Below, piece by piece: positions 38,196 through 46,977 of a DNA stretch of 64,000 nt (position 1 is the stretch's first letter; each line of letters starts with the position of its first letter). Origin of the DNA: an uncultured Candidatus Saccharibacteria bacterium (GTDB lineage Bacteria > Patescibacteriota > Minisyncoccia > Phycocordibacterales > Phycocordibacteraceae); assembly GCA_964638585.1 (NCBI GenBank), contig CAZXAN010000002.1:9291-73290 (forward strand). The letters are read 5' to 3'. A model generated the notes under the pieces. The model was not told the DNA's origin and searched no databases. It saw only the letters and a list, made by a program, of their open reading frames with translations. Position numbers and translations under genes: made by a program.

Positions 38196-38231
38196 CCGGC
38201 GGACTAACACTCCGCCGGTTTTCTTTTTTCC
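38196..38231 (+). terminator. Hairpin CCGGCGGA-ctaacac-TCCGCCGG + TTTTCTTTTTT
   Basis: 8-bp stem plus T-run. Confidence 0.5.
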
Positions 38232-38232
38232 A

Positions 38233-38275
38233 GCTCGCGAAGAGTTCTGCTCTTCGCGGGCTCTTTGTTTCTTTC
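38233..38275 (+). terminator. Hairpin CGCGAAGAG-ttctg-CTCTTCGCG + GGCTCTTTGTTTCTTT, paralog of 37699 module
   Basis: 9-bp stem; tail GGCTCTTTGTT matches GGGTTCTTTGTT of 37699 copy. Confidence 0.5.
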
Positions 38276-38357
38276 CTATCATAGCAAACGACTCAGACTG
38301 TCTGAGCCATTCGACTCCCTCACTCTGAGGCATTCGTCCGTTTGGTATAGTTAAATC

Positions 38358-38603
38358 ATGAAGGGAATCGCATCTGGCACTGTGCACAAGATGCCCGCAG
38401 ACCTGCGCAGGGCTCTCACTGCTTCTCCACCGGCGCGAGCGGTGTGGGGAGATATCACACCGCTCGCGCGTAACGAATGGATCTGTTGGGTGACGTCCGG
38501 TAAGAGAGAAGAGACGCGGAATATCCGTATAGAGAAGGCACTTTCTAAGCTCTCGGGCGGGATGCGCCGGCCCTGCTGTTGGGCAGGCTGTCCCCATCGC
38601 TGA
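38358..38603 (+). CDS. Hypothetical small protein with C-terminal CCWAGCPHR motif
   Basis: 81 aa, basic, Cys pair at C-terminus. Confidence 0.35.
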   Translation: MKGIASGTVHKMPADLRRALTASPPARAVWGDITPLARNEWICWVTSGKREETRNIRIEKALSKLSGGMRRPCCWAGCPHR

Positions 38604-38775
38604 CGCATCATCACCTTCACGGCATTCACCTTACGTATGGGCATGTTCGTTATCTCCCACGACCGTCGGACTTAACGAACATCACGTGGCGTGTACCAGA
38701 ACGTATTCGAACAAATAGAGCGCAAGCCACAGGTGGTTTTTGGGGTATTTAGGAGTAGTATAAAGGAACAAATTT

Positions 38776-39828
38776 ATGGAAAAGAAATCTTCAAATTCAA
38801 GTCTTCATCGGGCAGCCAAGGTGAAAAATGATGAGTTTTACACGCAACTCGCGGACATTGAAAGGGAGCTGAAACACTATAAAAATCAGTTTCTGGGGAA
38901 GGTCATTTATTGCAATTGCGATGACCCATTTGAGAGCAATTTTTTTAAATATTTTGCTGCCAACTTTAACGCATTAGGACTGAAAAGACTTATTACCACA
39001 AGTTACATAAAGTCGCCAATTGCTGGCGGGCAGTTGCCACTATTTGAAGTAGAAGGACTAAAGCCATTAGGTAAAGAGCCGTTTAAGATTGAAATTAATG
39101 AAGTACCAGATTCTGATGAAGATGGTGCAATAAATCTTGATGACGTTAAGTTTTTACTAAGGCACAACAAGAACACCGCTACACCGCTACGCGGCACCGG
39201 CGATTTCCGAAGCGAAGAATGTGTAGAACTTCTCAAGGAAGCAGATATAGTTTGCACCAATCCTCCATTTTCTCTTTTTCGTGAGTATGTAGCTCAACTC
39301 GTTGAATATGGGAAGAAATTTTTGATTATAGGAAACGACAATGCGAGAAAGTATCAAGATATTTTTAAACTAGTTCAAAAAAATAAACTCTGGCCTGGCT
39401 ATGGGAGAGTAAAAGAATTTATGCAACCAGATAAAACTATCAAGAAATTTGGTAATGTCGGATGGTTTACGAATCTTGATGTGGCAAAAAGAGATGAGTC
39501 TTTGACTCTGTATAAAAAATACAACTCAAAAGAGTTTCTCAAATATGATAATTACGATGCAATAGAAGTATCAAAGGTCTCAGAGATTCCGATGGACTAT
39601 AAGGGCGTAATGGGCGTTCCAATAACTTTTCTTGATAAATATAATCCAAATCAATTTGAAATTTTGGGAATGTCAGACAATAGAGATCCCAATTACAAGT
39701 TTCGAACCAAGTTGTATACTCAAAAGGATTCACCAGAGTATAACGACTTAAATAGGGGCACAGTGATAAAAATCAAGGGAGAACTTAAATCCACGTTTAC
39801 TCGTTTGTTAATCAAAGCTAAAAAATAA
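38776..39828 (+). CDS. N6-adenine DNA methyltransferase (EcoRI-methylase-like family)
   Basis: N-terminal KNDEFYTQ and catalytic NPPF motif. Confidence 0.65.
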   Translation: MEKKSSNSSLHRAAKVKNDEFYTQLADIERELKHYKNQFLGKVIYCNCDDPFESNFFKYFAANFNALGLKRLITTSYIKSPIAGGQLPLFEVEGLKPLGKEPFKIEINEVPDSDEDGAINLDDVKFLLRHNKNTATPLRGTGDFRSEECVELLKEADIVCTNPPFSLFREYVAQLVEYGKKFLIIGNDNARKYQDIFKLVQKNKLWPGYGRVKEFMQPDKTIKKFGNVGWFTNLDVAKRDESLTLYKKYNSKEFLKYDNYDAIEVSKVSEIPMDYKGVMGVPITFLDKYNPNQFEILGMSDNRDPNYKFRTKLYTQKDSPEYNDLNRGTVIKIKGELKSTFTRLLIKAKK

Positions 39829-39829
39829 T

Positions 39830-40936
39830 ATGAAAATTGAATTGCAAAAAATTTCGATTCGCGATGTGATGACCGGCTATAAAGACAGTCACGAAGAAGG
39901 AGTGGTCGCTTACGACGGCAAACTCGATGTCCGTCCGAAATACCAACGTGAGTTTGTCTACAAAGACAAACAACGCGATGCAGTTCTTGATACCGTCAAG
40001 AAGGGATTCCCGCTCAACGTGATGTACTGGATGGTGCGCGATGATGGCGGCTACGAGGTACTCGATGGTCAGCAACGTACCATCAGCCTTGGCCAGTATG
40101 TCAGCGGCGACTTCTCGCTCAATGATCGCTTTTTCCATAATCTAACCAAGGAAGAGCAAGAGCAGATACTGGCTTATGAATTGATGATTTATTTCTGCGA
40201 GGGTACGGACAAGGAGCGACTGGACTGGTTTAAGACCATCAATATCGCGGGTGAAAAACTAACGGATCAAGAATTGCGAAATGCCGTTTATACCGGCCCG
40301 TGGCTTTCTGATGCGAAACTCAAATTCAGCAAATCAAATTGCGCCGCATATCTTCTTGCAAACGATGGAGGGCAGTTGGTAAGCGGTTCGCTCATTCGAC
40401 AGGAATATTTGGAAACTGCACTTTCGTGGATAAACAACGATGAGATTGCTGACTACATGGCGAAGCATCAGCACGACAAAGATGCTAACGCATTGTGGGA
40501 GTATTTTCAAAATGTCATTGCATGGGTGCGTAAGGTATTTCCGAGCTACCGCAAAGAAATGGCGAGTGTAAATTGGGGCGAGTTGTACAATCAGTTCAAA
40601 GATAAGGAACTGGACGCCACGAAACTAGAGGTCGAAGTTGCAAAGTTGATGCAGGACGAAGACGTGACGAAAAAGTCCGGTATTTATCCATATCTCTTAA
40701 CAGGAGAAGAAAAACATCTTTCTATCCGTGCGTTTAACGATAAGATGAAACGCGAGGCATATGAGAGACAGAAAGGTATTTGCACTCACTGCAAAGGTGA
40801 AGACAAGAAAAAGAAATGGGAAATAGAAGAAATGGAAGCCGATCATATAAAGCCTTGGCATGAGGGTGGAAAAACTACCGCTGGGAATTGCCAGATGTTG
40901 TGCAAACAGGATAATCGCACTAAGTCTGGGAAATAA
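39830..40936 (+). CDS. DUF262 (ParB-like, DGQQR) + C-terminal HNH/DUF1524 nuclease (GmrSD-like)
   Basis: DGQQRTISL motif; C-terminal CTHCKG...ADHIKPWHEGGKTTAGNCQMLCKQDN HNH; starts 2 nt after MTase stop. Confidence 0.65.
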   Translation: MKIELQKISIRDVMTGYKDSHEEGVVAYDGKLDVRPKYQREFVYKDKQRDAVLDTVKKGFPLNVMYWMVRDDGGYEVLDGQQRTISLGQYVSGDFSLNDRFFHNLTKEEQEQILAYELMIYFCEGTDKERLDWFKTINIAGEKLTDQELRNAVYTGPWLSDAKLKFSKSNCAAYLLANDGGQLVSGSLIRQEYLETALSWINNDEIADYMAKHQHDKDANALWEYFQNVIAWVRKVFPSYRKEMASVNWGELYNQFKDKELDATKLEVEVAKLMQDEDVTKKSGIYPYLLTGEEKHLSIRAFNDKMKREAYERQKGICTHCKGEDKKKKWEIEEMEADHIKPWHEGGKTTAGNCQMLCKQDNRTKSGK

Positions 40937-40988
40937 AACAGTGAAAGGCTGACTACGATCCAGCATCGATCCATATGGATAAATCGAA

Positions 40989-41456
40989 ATGAAAAACCTA
41001 GCATATCAAGACATAATTAAGGAAAATATCACCATTATCTTAACGTTTGTATTTTCTCGCGAGAGGCTGCAGGAGATATCAAACGATAGGACCTTGGGAG
41101 AGTGGAAATTTCTAGGGGACGCAGTTAGCGAGGCCACTTTGGCCAGAGCAGAACGTGCCGCACTGGAGTTGGGGATTTTATTTCGCCTACTGGACGACAA
41201 GTATAAAATACCGAACTACTTTAAAGATAAAAAGACAATTGTTTTTGGTTTAATCTCTGGAGGATCGGAGTCAGGTCAACATCTGTCTGCTAGAGAAATG
41301 TCCAACAAAATCGTGCATGCACAAGATTTGAAATGGGATACGAGATCATCGAAAGAACCTAAGCTAATTTGCATATCCAACCAACCAGACAGATGGCAAT
41401 CAGCAGAAATCGATGTTTTAAAGCTTGCTCTCCTTTGTAGTCAGCTCATGCGTTGA
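40989..41456 (+). CDS. Hypothetical protein (no recognisable domain)
   Basis: 155 aa between GmrSD-like gene and mrr. Confidence 0.35.
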   Translation: MKNLAYQDIIKENITIILTFVFSRERLQEISNDRTLGEWKFLGDAVSEATLARAERAALELGILFRLLDDKYKIPNYFKDKKTIVFGLISGGSESGQHLSAREMSNKIVHAQDLKWDTRSSKEPKLICISNQPDRWQSAEIDVLKLALLCSQLMR

Positions 41457-41602
41457 AATTGTATGGTGGGAAATGGGTACAGAAACTATTGTTTTGCGTT
41501 TGCGTGATCTGATAATTCAGCAAAGTGGGTGCTGATGGACGAGTACACTCAATCATTATTTCAATCATTGCATTGAGGACCTAAAGATGATCTAATCATC
41601 GA

Positions 41603-42493
41603 ATGGAGAAGCAGATACCTAAATTTCAAGAGACATTTTTGCCAATTTTAAAAGTCCTTGATAAGGAAGGAACTATTCGAACGAGTGAGTTGAAGAAAAA
41701 AGTTCGAGATGGATTTTATGGAGATCTTCCGAAAGAGTTACTTGAGGAGACCACAAAGAATGGAGACATCTTAATACTTAATCGTATCGCCTGGGGTAAG
41801 GCATATCTGAAGCAGGGAGGAATGATTGAGCAGCCAGAACGAGCACTCGTTCGGATCACTGCTAAAGGGCAAAAGATATTAAAACAAGGTGGACTCTCAC
41901 TAAAAGAATTGTTGCATGACGAGGACTTTCTGGCACGCAGACTAGAAGGCAAAAAAACAAGAGAGGAAGAAGACACTATTGATGCGAGCGCTTCGCCCCA
42001 GGATCTAATTGACGCTGGCTTCAAAGCAGTCGAGACTTCAGCAAAAACTGATTTATTATCTAGATTGAAAGGCATTGATCCCTTCTATTTTCAGAAGGTT
42101 ATTTTACTGCTATTGGAAAAAATGGGTTACGGGGATTTCATCGAGACGCCAAAGTCAGGGGACGGAGGGATTGACGGCGTGATTAGTCAGGATAAACTCG
42201 GGCTTGAGAAAATATATATCCAGGCGAAAAGATATACTGAAAATAAGGTAAGAGAGGGCGAGATTCGTAATTTTATTGGAGCGATGAGTCGCGATGCGAA
42301 TAAGGGGATTTTTGTTACTACCTCTACGTTTGATGAAAAGGCTGTTCAGAAGGCGCGCGATGCTGGGCAGAAAATAGTTCTAGTCGATGGCTCTATGTTG
42401 GTTGATCTAATGTATAAATATGGAATCGGGGTGCAGGTACGAAGTACCTATGAGATTAAACAAGTTGATGATGATTTTTTTGAAGAAGAATAA
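41603..42493 (+). CDS. mrr: Mrr-family restriction endonuclease (Mrr_N winged helix + Mrr_cat)
   Basis: GDGGIDGV...YIQAKRY catalytic block, N-terminal wHTH. Confidence 0.7.
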   Translation: MEKQIPKFQETFLPILKVLDKEGTIRTSELKKKVRDGFYGDLPKELLEETTKNGDILILNRIAWGKAYLKQGGMIEQPERALVRITAKGQKILKQGGLSLKELLHDEDFLARRLEGKKTREEEDTIDASASPQDLIDAGFKAVETSAKTDLLSRLKGIDPFYFQKVILLLLEKMGYGDFIETPKSGDGGIDGVISQDKLGLEKIYIQAKRYTENKVREGEIRNFIGAMSRDANKGIFVTTSTFDEKAVQKARDAGQKIVLVDGSMLVDLMYKYGIGVQVRSTYEIKQVDDDFFEEE

Positions 42494-42557
42494 CAACTTC
42501 AGGTTTTAGCAACGGGAACCCTTGCTCACTCGCGAATGCTAGAGGCATTGTAGTTGT

Positions 42558-42637
42558 GCGGTATAATGGGGGTGTTACCAGTTAATGCGAAAGCTATGCA
42601 TAATCCACACAAGGGAGGGCTCTTTTTCGGGGCGGTT
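42558..42637 (+). repeat. Copy 1 of ~80-bp direct repeat (promoter-like TATAAT + ATG CAT AAT CCA... gene start), upstream of fic
   Basis: GCGGTATAATGGGGGTGTTACCAGTTAATGCGAAAGCTATGCATAATCCACACAAGGGAGGGCTCTTTTTCGGGGCGGT; encodes truncated MHNPHKGGLFFGAV... (21 aa then stop). Confidence 0.6.
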
Positions 42638-42739
42638 ATACACAGGTGGCTTACAAGTTAGTTGACAGGAGTGCTTCTAGGATATACTATATCGATAGTT
42701 AGTTTATCTACTAAGCATCACCATAAACTAACTCGAAAT

Positions 42740-43861
42740 ATGAATATAGAGATAGGCAAAACAGTGAAGCAACGAGAAGGCTTTTCAGCCTTTGTTCCGA
42801 ACCCTTTTCCACCAGAGGGTCTCTTTGACCTACCACAGGACATTCTCATCAAGGCGGCCGAAGCCGATCGTTTAGTCGGCAAACTAGATGGCATTACACA
42901 CACGCTCCCAGACGTAGATTTTTTCCTGCATATGTTCGTTGCAAAGGATGCAGAGTCCTCAGCCCAAATCGAGGGTACGCGGGCGACTATGATGGATGCT
43001 CTAAAGAAGGGTGCCGGTCTCGTACCAACTGCGACTGACGCCGACGATATTCTCTACTATATACAAGCGTTGAATTACGGAACAAAACGACTCAAGACTT
43101 TGCCACTATCCTCCAGACTCATACGGGAAGTACACGCTAAGCTTATGGTGGGGGCTCGAGCCACGCATTTCGCAAATCCTGGCGAATTCAGGACGTCGCC
43201 AAACTGGATTGGCGGCACGGCGCCAAACAACGCGCTCTATGTACCGCCGCCCGCGCCTGAGATGCATCGCGCACTCAATGATTTTGAAAAATTTCTTCAT
43301 GACGAGAAAAGTGTGCTGCCTCTGATTCATATCGCGCTTGCGCATGCCCAATTTGAGACGATCCATCCGTTTTTGGACGGTAATGGCCGCACAGGCCGTC
43401 TCATCGTTACGATGCTTCTTTGTCATCGCGGCTTACTTGAGCGGCCGGTATTATTTCTTTCATCCTATTTTAGACGACATCAGAAGGTCTACTACACTCG
43501 GCTGAATGGTTATCATGACGGTGATGTTCACGCGTGGCTGGATTTCTTTCTGGATGGCGTTATTGATACGGCAAACGAATCTATTGAGATATCAAAAAAG
43601 ATACGCAAGATTCGTGATACTGACATGGCAAAAATTCAGGCTCTCGCAAAAAGGGAGTCGGAGAGTGGCGTGGTTGTACTACCGCGTCTTTTCCGTGAAC
43701 CTGTCGTAACAGCCACGACGGTGATGAAGTGGACAAGGTTTTCACGAGCAGGGGCTCTCAAATTACTCGATCGCTTTGTCGCGCTTGGGATTCTTGAATC
43801 CGTTCAGTCGCAAGGGCAGGGGCGAAGTTTTGTATATCGACGTTATATTGATGTGTTTTAG
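42740..43861 (+). CDS. fic: Fic/Doc family protein
   Basis: Fic motif HPFLDGNGRTGRL; start at ATG 42740. Confidence 0.8.
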   Translation: MNIEIGKTVKQREGFSAFVPNPFPPEGLFDLPQDILIKAAEADRLVGKLDGITHTLPDVDFFLHMFVAKDAESSAQIEGTRATMMDALKKGAGLVPTATDADDILYYIQALNYGTKRLKTLPLSSRLIREVHAKLMVGARATHFANPGEFRTSPNWIGGTAPNNALYVPPPAPEMHRALNDFEKFLHDEKSVLPLIHIALAHAQFETIHPFLDGNGRTGRLIVTMLLCHRGLLERPVLFLSSYFRRHQKVYYTRLNGYHDGDVHAWLDFFLDGVIDTANESIEISKKIRKIRDTDMAKIQALAKRESESGVVVLPRLFREPVVTATTVMKWTRFSRAGALKLLDRFVALGILESVQSQGQGRSFVYRRYIDVF

Positions 43862-43904
43862 GACTACCATGGCTCACTTGCGAAGTCTAAAGATTGGTAG
43901 TCGC

Positions 43905-43983
43905 GCGGTATAATAGGGGTGTTACCAAATAACGATAAAGCTATGCATAATCCACACAAGGGAGGGCTCTTTTTCGGGGCGGT
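43905..43983 (+). repeat. Copy 2 of ~80-bp direct repeat; here it is the functional promoter and 5' end of gene 43919-44200
   Basis: GCGGTATAATAGGGGTGTTACCAAATAACGATAAAGCTATGCATAATCCACACAAGGGAGGGCTCTTTTTCGGGGCGGT; about 90 percent identical to copy 1. Confidence 0.6.
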
Positions 43984-44200
43984 GCTGGGCGGGGTGCACG
44001 TCGTCTGGGCTCTACTCATCGCGCTCGGATGGGCACAGTCGCTCATTAACTTCAGCTTCTGGGCGCACATGATCCACTTGAATGTCGTTATTGGGCCCTT
44101 TGACGCGACGGCCGCACTGACGGTCATCGTCGTGGCCGCTATCATCGGTTACGTGGTCGGCTATCTCGCCACGCTCATCTGGAACAGGGTCAATCGTTAA
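43919..44200 (+). CDS. Small 2-3 TM membrane protein
   Basis: 93 aa hydrophobic; 5' end lies in repeat copy 2. Confidence 0.35.
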   Translation: MLPNNDKAMHNPHKGGLFFGAVLGGVHVVWALLIALGWAQSLINFSFWAHMIHLNVVIGPFDATAALTVIVVAAIIGYVVGYLATLIWNRVNR

Positions 44201-44271
44201 TTAGCCCGTAAGGTGACACCTCGTTGCGAGGAGTCAACTTACGAATCTTATAAACTCATTTATAATTATTT

Positions 44272-44688
44272 ATGAATATTATTGCGATTTTGGTTGCGGC
44301 GGCGGCGATGTTCGTGATCGGATTTCTCTGGCATGGGCCATTATTCGGGAAGACTTGGATGCGGCTCGCCGGCGTGACTCCGACAGGGCAGGAGAAGCTC
44401 TCGGACATGATCCCGCAGATGGTGTGGAACTATGTGGCCAACGTTGTGGTCGCAGGCGTCTTCGCGGCGATGTTCGGCTATATCGGCTCACTTGTTCTCA
44501 GTCCCGATTTCTTTACATGGTCTCGTGGTGCGATATTCGCTGGCTGGATCTGGTTTGGATTCTTGGTGCCGATCTCGGCATACAACGTGATCTGGATGAA
44601 GGAGTCTAAGAAACTCTGGCTCTTTGAGCTCTCGTCACAGCTCGCCTCATTCGTCGCGATGGGCGCGATCATCGGCGCGTGGCGATAG
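44272..44688 (+). CDS. DUF1761-family membrane protein
   Basis: FLWHGPLFGKTW N-terminal motif, 4 TM; flanked by GTAAGGTGACACCT motifs at 44205-44221 and 44703-44720. Confidence 0.5.
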   Translation: MNIIAILVAAAAMFVIGFLWHGPLFGKTWMRLAGVTPTGQEKLSDMIPQMVWNYVANVVVAGVFAAMFGYIGSLVLSPDFFTWSRGAIFAGWIWFGFLVPISAYNVIWMKESKKLWLFELSSQLASFVAMGAIIGAWR

Positions 44689-44749
44689 GGCAGGTCGTAA
44701 GGTGACACCTTACTGAGTCCTTTGCTCTTTTTGAATCGTTCTGAACAGC

Positions 44750-45484
44750 TTGAATTTGCGTTATAATCAGATGCAAATGAGTGAGAAACATATACCAGCG
44801 TTTAGAGAGCCAATTGCCGTGAGTAACTTTGATAATATCTTTCATCCAGAACCTAAGCTTCACGAATTCGAGAACGACAAGCGGTTTGTTGTACGAAAGG
44901 CGGACGAAGACATGTTTGCGCCAGACCAATACACGACGCCCGAAGAAATGGGAGAGGTTCTTAAGGGATTATTTAAAGAGTTGAGAGATACATATGGTAT
45001 CGAGACCCCTGTGCATTTTGTCGTTGCCAATGATGAAAACAGCGTCCCCAGTTTATTTATCCTGACCGAGCGAATTGCGCGAGTTGATTTCGCCGGGCTT
45101 GATGATGCGAAGAAGCACGAATCTGCTGAAGGCATCCGACACATTTTCAGCTCACTCGTAGATTATTATGAAAAAAAGTATGCATCTGGTGCACGATATT
45201 TGAGTGACCTGCCGTATCTCGGACAATTCACGTATGGAGTCAAAGAAGAGGGGCAGAGTCCTCGGTGGTTCTTGACTGACACAGACCCTTACTTCGATGA
45301 TGACAAAGAGTCCTTATTTGAGGTAATGGACGCGTTCGATATCGAGATACCAACTATTCAAGAGAAATATGCTATCGATCTAGAAGGTGAGCATGCTCGA
45401 GTAAAGGTTCTCAAAGAGAAGCTTGGAAGAGATTTGGAGTACGAGTATAGGTCAGACGCCAACTCACTTGGCGACGAATCGTGA
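44750..45484 (+). CDS. Hypothetical acidic cytoplasmic protein
   Basis: 244 aa, no motif; TATAAT at 44752-44757 suggests true start at a downstream Met. Confidence 0.35.
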   Translation: MNLRYNQMQMSEKHIPAFREPIAVSNFDNIFHPEPKLHEFENDKRFVVRKADEDMFAPDQYTTPEEMGEVLKGLFKELRDTYGIETPVHFVVANDENSVPSLFILTERIARVDFAGLDDAKKHESAEGIRHIFSSLVDYYEKKYASGARYLSDLPYLGQFTYGVKEEGQSPRWFLTDTDPYFDDDKESLFEVMDAFDIEIPTIQEKYAIDLEGEHARVKVLKEKLGRDLEYEYRSDANSLGDES

Positions 45485-45522
45485 ACGCTAGAAATATTTG
45501 CTGGTGGTGGTAGAGTATTTGT

Positions 45523-46260
45523 ATGAACCAGAAATTTATTGATCGGCCGTTTGTAGTACCAGCTTTAATCATAGGGGCTTTCTTTGTCGTGGCGATGGGG
45601 CTCTTGGGGTCTAATATCGCGAATCGTGGTAGCGACAGCACAATCGTCGTTACGGGTTCTGTTATCTCGGACGTGCGCTCAGATAAGGTGACATGGCAGA
45701 TAGGAGTGCAGAGGACAGCATATGTCGGTGGGACATCATTTGCCTATGAGGCAGTGTCGCGCGACGCTAATATCGTTAAGGCATATTTTGAAGACCAGAA
45801 GTTAGCCTCGTCTAGCATCACAGCGTCTGTTATCTCTACTGACGAGAATTATAAGCAGAACCAGAACGACCCTACAACCTTTATTGTTAGAGAGACGCTG
45901 ACGATACAGACAACAGATGTTGATAAGATAGACCAGCTCTCGCGTGGTCTCGGAGTAGTCACAGCTAAGATATCTCCAGACACGCGCCTAGTGCCGTATC
46001 AGCCAGAATATTACATATCGGCACTACCGGGGCTACGCGTCTCTCTCCTTAGTCAGGCGATTAAAGATGCACGGGCGCGTGCAGTCTCTATAGCCTCAAG
46101 CGGGAGCACTAAGGTTGGCGCGCTTAAGAGCGCATCATCGGGCGTGGTGCAGGTCTTGGCGCCCAACTCTACCAACGTTGAGGACTACGGCTCCTATGAC
46201 ACTTCTACAATCCAGAAGCAGGTGATGGTCTCTATCCGCGCGACCTTTTACGTCAAATAG
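45523..46260 (+). CDS. SIMPL-domain (DUF541) protein with N-terminal TM
   Basis: 245 aa, beta-rich; architecture of periplasmic SIMPL-domain proteins. Confidence 0.5.
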   Translation: MNQKFIDRPFVVPALIIGAFFVVAMGLLGSNIANRGSDSTIVVTGSVISDVRSDKVTWQIGVQRTAYVGGTSFAYEAVSRDANIVKAYFEDQKLASSSITASVISTDENYKQNQNDPTTFIVRETLTIQTTDVDKIDQLSRGLGVVTAKISPDTRLVPYQPEYYISALPGLRVSLLSQAIKDARARAVSIASSGSTKVGALKSASSGVVQVLAPNSTNVEDYGSYDTSTIQKQVMVSIRATFYVK

Positions 46261-46324
46261 AGATTCCACAAGGTCGGGCCTTTAAGTTTTATGCATGAGC
46301 AAGGGTAGCCCTTGCTCCAAACAA

Positions 46325-46357
46325 AAACCCCGTCACCGGACGGGGTTTGCCTTTTTG
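46325..46357. terminator. Bidirectional terminator AAACCCCGTC-accg-GACGGGGTTT + GCCTTTTTG between convergent genes
   Basis: 10-bp stem, T-run on plus and A-run on minus. Confidence 0.6.
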
Positions 46358-46365
46358 ACATCTTC

Positions 46366-46785
46366 TCATACTCCTTTGCCGTTGGCGAGACAGGGCAACC
46401 CTGCCAAGTAATCTTCAGGACTCATGATGAGGGTAACCCATGTTCTGCGAACGATCGCCACAGGAGTCAGTGCTCTTCTGTCTATTGAGATGATAAGTCT
46501 TTCTATCGGACCAAGCGCGAACACCGTTTCCGATTTAGGAATAGCCTTTTTCTCAAAGGTGAAGTGTATGATTTTCCCATCCGTTGTTTCGCCTGCGGCG
46601 AAATAATCTCCGCAGGCTTTCCAGCTACCTCCCGTTTTTATTTCCTCCATAACGCTCGTTCTAAGCGCGATAATAGGATATATATCCTCGGCACTTCGTG
46701 CCGAGCCTGACATAGTTAACGTAAACCAAAGTAGTAAACCGACAATGACGTACCTCATAGCATCTCCCTCTGGTTGATGATTCAA
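46366..46785 (-). CDS. Hypothetical secreted protein (signal peptide)
   Basis: MRYVIVGLLLWFTLTMSGSA signal-like N-terminus. Confidence 0.35.
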   Translation of the reverse strand: MNHQPEGDAMRYVIVGLLLWFTLTMSGSARSAEDIYPIIALRTSVMEEIKTGGSWKACGDYFAAGETTDGKIIHFTFEKKAIPKSETVFALGPIERLIISIDRRALTPVAIVRRTWVTLIMSPEDYLAGLPCLANGKGV

Positions 46786-46977
46786 GCCTTCTATTTCTAC
46801 TCCTCAAGTACTCTATTACTTGCATCACCAAAGTCAAATGAACCAACTAGGACTGAGCGGAGTGGTGTGGATAACTATTATTAGGCTGGTGGGGTAGGGT
46901 GGGATATAATGCAAGAATGGTTAGTGAAGTGGGATACGGGGTCATGGCCGTGTCCCACCCTCCAGCCAACAAGCACT

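Noticed and set aside
42591-42656. 21-aa ORF MHNPHKGGLFFGAVIHRWLTS in fic-repeat copy 1
   Set aside because: It is a truncated duplicate of the 43919 gene start, a by-product of the repeat rather than a gene.
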